Shown: positions 36,501 through 47,521 of the stretch, one piece after another | Layout of the letters: the number at the start of each line of letters is the position of its first letter | Numbering within the stretch: the stretch's first letter is position 1 | Position numbers and translations under genes: made by a program | NCBI RefSeq assembly: GCF_002571385.2 | Contig: NW_019217832.1 | Location: 77,427-141,426, forward strand | DNA: 64,000 nucleotides | Direction of reading: 5' to 3' | Source: Stylophora pistillata | Taxonomy: Eukaryota | Notes under the pieces: generated by a model | Database searches by the model: none | What the model saw: only the letters and a program-made list of their open reading frames with translations | Told to the model about the DNA's origin: nothing

Positions 36501-39176
36501 AGAGTTTCCTTGCCTTTGTAGCCTGCAAGACCAACGATTGCCCTGAGCTTAATGCGACTGTAATCGCGAACATTTCGAGGGGAAATTACTGCGTACCCGT
36601 TGTTCTTATCGAAGAACCTAGCATGGAATGCTGGGAAGGAAGCCATAAGGCCATCGCCTTCCTAGGCCTCCTGGGATTGGTTTGGTACTCGTCCACTGCA
36701 ATCGTTTTTGGGACCAAATATGGCGATGTAGAACACCCGGGCCAGGATTTGAAATTTTCTCCCGCCTACAACATATTCATTAATTTCGTTAAAGCGTTAA
36801 TGGTGGGTGCGGTCGTTTTGGCTGCGGAACATCATATGATCGTGTTGTCCCTGCTACTCGTGGCGAATCTAGGTGCGATTATTTTCACTTTGACATTCAG
36901 GAGGATTTTCAAGTTTCAACTGTCAAATTCTTTGGTGTTGATCATCTGGCGCGCAGTAAGTTTTATTTGTGCTGCCCTCGCAGCTGTGGCAGCTCTTGTT
37001 TCTAAAATAAGAAACGACCCCGACTCTCTTCTACCTCTTGTTATTTTCCTCGGTGGCTGTCTTCTGGTGATACTCGTCGCTCTCATTGCATCAATTTACC
37101 TCAGAAATCGAAGGAGAACTCCCGTAGAAGAGCAGCGCAGAACATTCCGTCAAAAATTACTGTCGTTGGAAACAAAATTGGTTCAGGAAAACTATATGAT
37201 AAACTCTTGGACGAAAGGCCGCGCCCAATGGAAAAGACTGGTGAAGAACGTTTACGAAGCACAGAAAGCTGACCGCTCCGTCTCCCCGTCAGTTTATGCA
37301 CACCTCCAAGTACCAGCCCTTCCATTCCCTCCACCTCCCCTAGAGGAAGGACAGATAGCTGAAGCAGAACCAAGTATTTCAGCTTCCCTTCCCCCTCCCC
37401 CTACTTATGATGATCTGTTTCCCAACATCATGGGACCATACGGTGTTCCTCCCGTCCCTCCACCTCCATATACTGAAGGGATAACAGACGATGCGACTAT
37501 AGACGAGGGGAGAGATGATCCAACCCCCCTAGCACTACCCCCAGAGACTAAAGACGAGTCTGCATCTGGGAGCCAGTCTTCCTCGGACGACTCGGTCACT
37601 ATTACGTTCACAGATGCGGCACTAAACTTGGAAGCTGAACGAAAGCAATTCATTGGATCAGGCACGCATGCCCCACCCTATTACACGGATGAAGAAATGG
37701 TAAGAATGATTTGCTTTAAAAGAAGTCACATTCAATATCGAAAAAAATAGCCTCCATTCGCCGCAAAAATGAACCCGTAAATTTGTCCGCGAACATGATC
37801 TGTTCTGATGCACCCGACGTGAACTGTGAGCTTCGAGGAATTGAGAATAAACATATGTTTTGTGTAATGACAAATAGACAAGTATATTATCACTTCAAGC
37901 TGAAGATATTTTGTTTATTAACCATCATGTATTTCTTGAAACAAGCGGGGAAAAGGTGTTGTCGTTGAAAACGTTTTCTGAGTGGAATGAATGCCTAGCC
38001 TCGCAGTGTTTTCCGGTAAACTTTAATTATCAAAGATGTACTTCTCTTCTTTTTACAACAGCACAACGCTCGCCCATCTTGAATCGACTTTCAAAGAAGA
38101 TTGTGTTTTTTTTTTCCGTCGCAATTTACAGTATCATTTGGGTGAATTCACCTGATAATCTCTAGTTTCAGTGGTGGCATTTTCGATCACGTGACGCGTT
38201 AAGAGTGACCGTGCGGCATACGAAATATTTGTCGAATTTAAAGACAGTCGATTTTTGTGCTGTGCAAAATTAACAGTGAACTAGGTCAGGAAGAATAGAT
38301 TGAAAAACAGTTAAAAAATTCCCACTGATCCTAAGTTAAAACCAAAACATGTTTTTTCTCTAGGACACTCGATATGTGGAGCGGCAAGATTCTGAGGACT
38401 GGAAGCTATGGAATATCAACAGCATGGAGTGCAATGGCACAAATCTGCTGCTCGTGCTGGAAGAGTACATCCATTATTCTGCATTCTCCTTCTCCTTCAT
38501 TCTTCAGCTTCCTCTGTGGCGTTCTGCCGTCAAAAAATGTGACTGGCCTGGCTTGCTGCACTGCCTGACGGTCTTGGAGGGTAGCCTCACTGGAAAGTTT
38601 AACACTCCCACCGGAGTCGATATATCGCAGGCTCACTTGAATGTCCCCATATTTGAGCTTCACCCAGATATTGATACAGAAGAACCGCCATTTTACGAAC
38701 CTGAATCGCGAGATCCCGAAGTAATCCGAGCGCAGTCCGACCGTGAACGATCACGCGCACTCGCCGATGTGAAAAATGTCGGCGAATTCGGTGAACAGTG
38801 GGCCGAGCTTCTCGACAAACTTCTACCTACAAAACCGATTACGAAAAACTGGGTATGGCTTGAAGAGGTAGGTGGTTTCCATGTTTACCTGCGAAGGCCC
38901 ATTGAAGGGACCATAACGGAAGTGGGCCCTAATGGAGTAAAGATGGCTAGGGGAGCCTCGATTGCGCTGCCAAAACATATCCAAGGCACATTGTCAGATA
39001 CTAAAATTACATTTGATAAGGGATACGAGCCTAAAGGGAAAAAAGGGCCCGTTTCTGTTGCTGTTAGTGAGCTGGGACTCGTGAAAATTGATGAGAAACT
39101 GTACGTGACAGCTCAAGGAAAAAAACTGAGGTACGACAAAGCATTGGAAAGTATGAAGACTTTAACGTGGAAATAA
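33593..39176 (+). CDS. Uncharacterised ~1639-aa polytopic membrane protein with tandem hydrophobic repeats. Coding exons 33593-37699 and 38364-39176
   Basis: A 4.1-kb open frame ends at an ATG|GTAAGA donor. The tttttctctag|GAC acceptor at 38364 joins in phase 0 to the 266-aa ORF. About 20 hydrophobic segments; internal repeats; Pro-rich PPxY region. Confidence 0.88.
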
Positions 39177-42100
39177 ACTGTGCAATTTGCGATAGAATTT
39201 ATGCGTGACGTTTGCGTGACGAATGTTTGAAGCCTTACTTAGAAGTGTCATGTAAGTCACGCCTTATGATCCGAGTGTTTGTGACCCGTCTGCGACTGTC
39301 ACCGAAGCAACGAATTTCGCCTTCAAAGGGAGTTGAAATAATTTTTTCCTTTCAAGGGAGTAAATAATCCTTTATTACTTACAGCGGATGACTTCCTGGA
39401 GTAAGTATTAAAATCACGAGGCAAAAGGTCATCTCAATTCCCTTGGGGATTGAACTTTTGACCCTCACACCGAGATCTAATTATTAGTTCTCCTTACTGT
39501 TTACCATAAAATTCTTATAATTTTAGTTCAGAGAATGTAGTATTTGATCAATAAATAAAACCCCAAAGTAATGTGTTTCTTTATTCTCATCACTAGTATT
39601 CGAAAAATGTCTATAGCTCGCCTGTATGTGTCCTAACCAGCAGAAACATTTATGCTGGTAGGAGCGGTAGTCCAAATATGGTAGACTGTTCTTACTATTT
39701 CTTATTTTATCACTTACATTTTTTTTTTCTGAGAAAAATAATGTACAGTAATTTAGGATTTTTAAATAACGCATTTTTTTAGATTTTGAAGACTGGTTCG
39801 CCTAGATTAGCACTTGCTCTCTGTCTGTCGGTCAGCCTAGCTGTAACTTTTATTTTGAGAATAAAGAATAAAATAAAATGAAGATTGTTGTTATTGCGAA
39901 CTCGGCCAGCTTCCTTGAAGGTGTGTATGTGTTCGTTTATCACCGTACCTTCACCTTGGGTATCTCCGACTGTGAGCGCATACTCGGGAGGAATTCGCCC
40001 TTGGGCCTCACCTTGATCGAAAGCAAGGAGAGCACTGCCTCCCAAGTTGTAGAAAATTGTTTGAAAGATGTAGCTGATAATCTTCGTGCGAAACCCTTAC
40101 AACCTGAATATTTCATCTAAAGCAAAGCAAAAGAAATAAAAACGCGCGCTCGTGAGCGCCACGCAAGATGTTTTTTCAAAAAAGCGTGTGTTCTCGCCGT
40201 TTTGTTTCCGTGTCGACCACCAGTTGCTTTTTGAACAAAGCAGATAAAAAAAAAAAGAGATATTTAATGTTTCAGGTAATTCGCGGTTTTACTGGCAGGA
40301 ACGCAAATGTAAACATAACCATGGTCATACTTACATCGTAAGGATTAAATGTACAATTCAGTACATTAGATGAGAGGATTTTAAATACTGCCCTTAGAAA
40401 AATTCTGATCTTAGAATGACTCACTTATCTTTTCAACGAGATTATAAAGGACGGATCATTTCTGAAAAGAAACCCACATTTTTGTTTTTAAATTTGTAAG
40501 GCCACAACAATTCTCAGTACACCTTTTCCCAATGGAGACAATGCCTTTAGCTGCAAATTGACGCTAAATTTACAGTCTAAGTTTCTCCTGAATATCTGTT
40601 ACGCGTCAATCAAGAATGAATAAGTCATAAGTGGGTCTTGATATCTACACAATGAGTGTACGAAAACTTATTTCTTGATCCGAATTCAGCTGTAAAAAAG
40701 GTATGAGCGCGGTCGAAAAATTATTTCTTAAAAAAACTGGCGACGGGTAAAAGTCAAACGAAATTTTTTACTCAGTTTTCATTCATGGTTTTTTTTCTTT
40801 TTTTCTTCAAGACTCACCAGCGACCGATGTTACAGCTGATCCTCTAATAGCTCTCGTGGTGATGTATAAACAAAAACCGGGTCACGCCTCAGATCCCTTT
40901 GACATCGAGCAAAATCAAACAAGACCGAACAATACTCAAGTACAAGACAAAAGAATATATTATCTTTAACATAAATAGTCCAGCTGAAGTTTTTGACCGT
41001 TAACGACTCGCGATTGAAACAGTTTTAAATTTTATTTCAACCTTCACGGGCAAAATGCGTGCGGATCGGTTCTCTGGAGAACATATTTGCAGGCGTTTTA
41101 TAACCGCATTTTGAGCTATAATATTTGCGGTAAGGTCATTTCCTATTCGGAATCGACCTTTCCGGAGAGTGGGTGATTTAGTCAACACTCCAGTTCTACC
41201 AAAACACCTGATGCTAAAAACTTCCCGGAGACTAGACGCTCATTTTGTAAAGACGTCAAGCCAAGCTCGATTCGAGGATTTGAAATATGGGCAAGAAGCA
41301 CCTCGTAACATAGAGGTAAGGCTTTATTGTTTTTTCTCTCTCTTTTGTACTGAAAAAATTGTGTACCAAACAATGAATTACGTACCGAACGAAAGCTTGA
41401 CAACAATTGAACATTTCTTTCTTTTCAAAGTATATCATTCGAACTAATGCAAACAGTGTTTACGGTTAAAAAACCACGTTCATGATCAAGCCAAAATTTT
41501 CCATTTTAAATTTCCTTTTATCCCAACAAAATACAGAAAGTGTGTCACAGATAAATCAGTCTTAGTTCCCGAGATGTAGCAAATATTCTGAGGTGAAAAT
41601 ATAGGCTTAAATATATTGTACAGCACGGCGCAAAATGTTATTAACTTCGCTGTTCGGCCATTCATCCATTGAATTGTTAAAACGTGGGACGCGCTCGCCA
41701 TTTCCAATAGTCTCTTTGTTTCGAGTTTGAATTTTCTTCAAAAGAAACTTTCACCTCCCTCTCTTTTGTTTCTAGACCCCCATCATGAAATTTCTACGAA
41801 TTCTTGAAAATCCGCAAATAATTTTAAGAAAATAATCAATGCTAAAGAGGTTTGGAAATCTTACAAATTGACTAATGAACTTCCTTTATGTAAAAGCTTC
41901 GCGTGTGAAATTAAGTGGAGTGTCAAATTTCGTTTTTTTATTCAATAATTCTTCGGTTTCATTTTTATTTAGTTTTTATTCAGTTGACGTTACAGTTTGC
42001 TTATAGAGAACCAGCGGCTTCTATAAGTGATATTCGTTTTGACTGTCGATACTGATTTACATTTTGTTTGCCGTGTTTCGGCGCTAAATTGCAGGCTGAG

Positions 42101-43889
42101 ATCCTAGAAACACATTGGTTTAACCAATGGAAGCTATGAGCGCAACAGCACATTTACTCCTCATTTGAAACTCAAAAATTCTTTCAAGCTGTACGCCTCA
42201 GCGACGAAATTAATAAGAAATGAAAGATGATGAAATATTGATATGTGTGGTGTAGATATGGCGAGTTTCGGATAGGACTCAAATCTTTTCAGTCTTCAGT
42301 AAAATCTCCCATAACTGCAAGAAGATCACTCAGTATCAACTTTCAGTGGCTTCTTTTAGTAAATAGTAATGTAACACATAGGTAAAAGACAACTAACAGA
42401 AGAGAGATTACAAAAAAAGGGAAAACCACTTGTTGGTTTGCGCTGAGATCTTTTCTTTTTTTTTTTGTTCTTGCGGGAAGTAAACATCTGTCTTTTTTGG
42501 AGAAAACGTAATCAGCAATTTATAGTCACAAATCATGATTTGCATTTGCGTTCAAAAACACTTCTCCCTGGGAGAGGTCAGCAATTTTTGCTGACGATAA
42601 TGGAGTCCGCATATCAGTATATATATTTTTACCGTCCGGCAGGCCAGCAAGGAGATTTTCCTTAGGACTTTATCCAATGCTTCTCAGTTACGGACATGTC
42701 ATATCCGAAACGCCATTTGTTGTCATTTTAACCACGCAGTTCTTCACTCTTTTGTGAAAATCTCTTCAAAATGTTTCCACGTTTTTTGAGCAAATGTTTT
42801 AATTAGGTTACTGTTCAAACACGCATTGACGTCTTTTCCCCCGATGTTCGCGTTACGCCTTCCGAGGCTTAGCAAATGCAATATTTACTAATCTCCGGTA
42901 TTTTTCAAGAAGGGTTGGAAACCAATTGCTTACAATCATGTACCGAAAAAAACAGACGAAACAGCCTTATCAAGGACCAAATTTACATACCACTGGGAGC
43001 ATATAGCGGATGCCACAAGGAAATTTAATTCCAAAGTTTTTATCTTTTTCAGACCGTGGTTAATGATATTTAACATCTGTTTCAAATTGATGTCGTCAAA
43101 CTATTATGCGATATCAAAATATTAAGAAGATGTTGTCAAATGTGGTGGTGATCGAGATATCCTGAAAAGTTCATATTGCTAGAATATTTGTGAAGATCAG
43201 CATTTAATTATGGAGTTCAGACGTCAGTAGACAAAAAAGCGATGAGTTACATGAGTTACCTTACCAAGCAGGAAAGCGCGAAACAAACTGGAGAAATTTC
43301 GAACATAGGACTGTTAAAAATCGGAAATTCCCTCAAAAGAATGTGAATTTTTAAAGGATGTCACAAACATCGTCAGTGTTAATATCCTCGGGAGAAAAAT
43401 AATTAAAGTTGCATTTGCTAAGATTGGCGTCTTCGTCTCAAACTTACCCACCCATCCAACCCCCCCCCCTCCCCTGCACCCGCTTAATAATTCCTGTGGT
43501 CTTCTCGTCTAAAAGCAGCCCTTTCAATGGCTGAAAAGTCCAAGATGCTTTCGACCCATCTTTATCTTATCAGACCTATCATGGGGTATTTCCACTTCTT
43601 GCCGCCTGAAACCAAAATTCTTTAACGACAAGATCGCACAATATTAATCGTCATAATCAACTTGAAGTTGTAAAATGTTACTTATCGCGCAATATAATTT
43701 TGCTCATTTAGGTTCTGGTTGAAAAAAAAAAAAGAAAAAAACTAAACATGCGTTTTCTGAAACAAACTTTAAGTATTATAATTTTCATTGCTGGTAGAGG
43801 ACAGAGACACTTGATTTGGTTAACTTTGTTTTCGTTTTTCTTCAAATCATCTTAAATTTGTTGGAATTCTGTTTGTAAACCTTCCTAAT

Positions 43890-44550
43890 GATATTTCATT
43901 TTTCAGAGGAAGTTTAAGCCCTTGGACCAGTTCTAAACATAAAATAGATTTTTGCTTAATTTCTCAGAAAAAAGTTTTTAAAATTTGTCAGAGGCTTTGT
44001 ACAAACACTCAGAGGTTACTAAATGGCCTTTGTACGTCTGACTGGAAGGGTTGAAATACACACCGATTGAAGAGAAAACACGGAGCCCAGTTATTCCTGA
44101 TAACGTATAAATCATGCTGGGTAATAACTTTCATAACTACTGATGTATTTCGGTTTCTTTCGAACAGCTCGTTATGAAAACTGAAAAGCAAGAGTATTTC
44201 ATTTTTTTTTGAGGAGGTTGAGGCCCTTGAACAAGTTCTAAATATAAAATAGATTTTTGCTTTCTGAGGAGGTTCACGCCCTCGGACCAGTTCTGACCAC
44301 GAAATAGATTTTCGCTCAATTTCTCGGAAATAAGTTTTTAAAATTGGTCTTAAGCTTTGCACAAACATCCAGAGGTTACTAAATGGCCTTTGGAAGGGTT
44401 GAAATACCTCAGATTGTACAGAAAACCCAACCATAAGCTGTTATTCCTGATAACGCATAAATTATACTGGGTGATAACTTTCATAACGTGCTACTGATAT
44501 ATTTCGGTTTTTTTCGTACAGCTCGTTATGAAAACTACAAACACGAGTAC
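43890..44550. repeat. Local tandem duplication (two diverged ~290-bp copies plus a ~70-bp partial copy between them)
   Basis: ggaccagttct...cagaggttactaaatggcctttg...ggaagggttgaaatac...cagctcgttatgaaaact occurs at ~43920-44180 and again at ~44280-44535. Confidence 0.85.
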
Positions 44551-44996
44551 TGGAGAAAACCATCAAATTTGTAACGAATTAAATGTAGCTGTTTGTTTCA
44601 AAGGCCGGAAATGAGAAAGTAAATAGATAAATATATAAATATACATATATAATCAAATAAATATTTGAATAGACTAGACAAAGATATATCAACAACTAGA
44701 TGAATTTGAAAAAATAGTCAACGTTGCAAGGGAAACTGATTTGAGGTCGTTAGCTACTAACTACACCGGTAATACAGCGAATATGGCGGCTGCGAAAATG
44801 CATGGAATCTGTGTCAGTTTGGGTGTAGTAAAATCCCTTCTAATGACTCTTTCACACCTCTGGATTGAAATCAATATGGGTTGGACTGATCACGGTATGT
44901 AAAATGTTATTTGATCCTTTGGAGAGCAGTATGAGTACATGACCATGTCCCACGCGCGAGAATTAGTCCGCGAATTCAGTCGCGTTCGCTGTATGA

Positions 44997-45215
44997 TATA
45001 AAATGTAGCGCAGATTGGAACAGCATCTCTTTGTATTGAACTTGGAGCTAAAGTTAGTGGTCCTAGATGAAATTTTACTTCACTTCTTGGTGTTTCATCC
45101 ACGTTTGATCATCATTGATCGAAGGAGAAGGTAAACACGAGGTTGCAAACGTCGAGGATATGGCTTTACCTAGTTTTCGAAATGAGCTGTTTTGGGGTTC
45201 GCTTGTTTTGAACTG
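44997..45215 (+). promoter_or_regulatory. Candidate TATA box and non-coding first exon of the synaptotagmin-like gene
   Basis: TATAAAA at 44997-45003; consensus donor CTG|GTAAGT at 45215/45216; the first coding exon starts at an acceptor (ctatag|gctATG, 47518/47519). Confidence 0.4.
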
Positions 45216-47521
45216 GTAAGTGTGTTTGTGGATGTTACGTTAGACGATTTGCTTTGTTCCTTATGCAAAACGCAAGGCGTCGTTTACGCTATCATGAGAA
45301 CTGGCCCGTAAAAGGTATACACAACGACTTGTGATGAAAAGCTTAATTTACAATACCCTTGTTTAGAGGTTAAACACGCCACGCTAGAAAATTCAGTGAA
45401 GCGAATAGACCGTTGTTTAAAGTTTTCGGACGTTATAGTTTTGCGTGTCTTTAAAATGACTGCGAGGAAGGCATTTAGATAAACAGCCAGGCAGTCATTT
45501 AGGAGAAATAGTAATCAACACTGAAGACATACTGACACGGGCCGCATATTCCTAACTAGCCTGTTAGGAATTTTCGCGTTAATTTGTTACTATCATATGC
45601 ATTTTTACTGTCTATAATTCGCAAATGCGTGAGTTTTAACCCCTCAGTTTGCTTTCAGTATGCTTCAAAAATTTCAAGAGGGCATTTAAATTTCCTTTAT
45701 GATTGTTTATCTAATACGCATTTTACTATTAGCCATGTTGTAACGATAAATTCAATATCCTTTCTACCTTCTGTTGGCATGAGCGTTCAACTCTGCGAAC
45801 TCCATATTTTCACTGAAAGCAAATTCTTCGGATGGCCAACCAAGTTGGGCTATTTTTAAAATTTTTTTTTCTTAATTTTGGTAATCTAATATTTCTTTTT
45901 CTAGCCTTTTCTTCCGTAATTTTATGAAAAACTTCTGTTATCTTAGCACGCTTGACTGTCCATGTGTTTCAAATTACGCCAAGTTCCACTTCAAGGGCGA
46001 CAAACGGAAGGGTTTCTCTTTTGCTTACAGCATCTTCAAACAATTTTAGGAAGCGGATTTTAAGTGCATTTTCATGCTGAGGGGATATGTGACATCACGG
46101 ACGAGTAGTATTTAGAAATTCGATATGTTCCTTACATACACACAATTGCGTTGATGTTTCCATGCCCACAAAAAATTAAAACCAGCGTCTATAAACAGAT
46201 AAAGATAAGAGGGGTCATTACGCTTTTTCTCTTGTTACACCATGGGTTTTAAGACACGTAGAATACTGTAGAATGGCGTACGCTGAAATACCCTTGAATA
46301 CACCGGCTTTACCCCCATTTTCAAGGAATCAAAAGATAACACTGAGATGACTAGCTACGCGGGTAAAAATCTTCTATTTTATATTTTGTCTGATTTTGTT
46401 TACAATTTTTGTTTCTCCGCGCCACTAGCACAGTGTCTGCTGGAGAACACACACTGCGAGTTAATCTCTGTTGCGTCAAAACATTGTCGTGAAAACGCAT
46501 TATTCTTAGAATTTTTTGCTGTAATATTAACTGTCTATAGATTATACTTTTCTAATAACTTTCCAAATAGCAAACCATAAGAAATTTATGCATTTGAACT
46601 ACTCAATGCTGAAGCTTTGAAGCGTTGGATGACTTCTCAAGCGTGTAATGAAAAGTGCTATAGCATTTTTTAAGAATTGTGCTGTCCAAAATTTCTCAAA
46701 ATGAAAGATTACTCTATACCATTTAAAAATGAGCTTAAAAACTTGTTAATATGCATCCTGTGGCCTTGTGTATAGATTGCATCAATATTTTAAGTGTACC
46801 TCTCAATTCGTTGCAAACACTGATTCAACAAGTTGAATTCAAATTTTCATTCATGCGGTCAGTCCATCACAATCAGTTATAACATCTTTTTTCTACAACC
46901 AGAGGGCCCTTAGCTTGGATTTTCATGACTGCACCGCTGCAAATGAAAATTATTGATGAATTCATTTTTCTACCCAAGCTCTGCACAGCAACGGCGTGAA
47001 ATAGCTAAGTTTTGTGTTGTAAATCCCATTTGACCCCTCTCATTTCCTAACATCAATGTACATATTCTCCATACTGTTCTCCAAATATTTCCTGAGGTGC
47101 CAGCAAGGAGAATTTGCAATGAAGAGCCTTTTTAGTCGGTGATCATTTCCTTTATTCTCGTTACCTTAATGTTTAATTCAAGGGTGATATTGTAAGGAAA
47201 AATAAGATGCTAGTCTTTCTTAGGGTTCAAAGGGTTTATGATGTAGGGGGAGGTCTGGCGCTGGTAGAAACAGTAGTCCCATGAAGCCACCCACAAAACC
47301 AGGACTCGACACTAACCTTTTAACTTATTAGCCAAGTGGCTAGTGATAACTTAGATATTACAATAATTTCAGTTTGTTTACTAGCCAAACTGGCTTAGGG
47401 AAATCGAAAACCACTGGCCAAAAGTGAATTTCTACTAAACTGGAAACACTTAGAAGATAGATACATTCACTTTCTAACATACAGCGTTTATTGAACAACT
47501 TCTTCTTTATTTCTATAGGCT

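Noticed and set aside
39779-40120. 88-aa (-) and 80-aa (+) ORFs as protein-coding genes
   Set aside because: No recognisable motif and no consistent exon chain; kept only as a low-interest finding.
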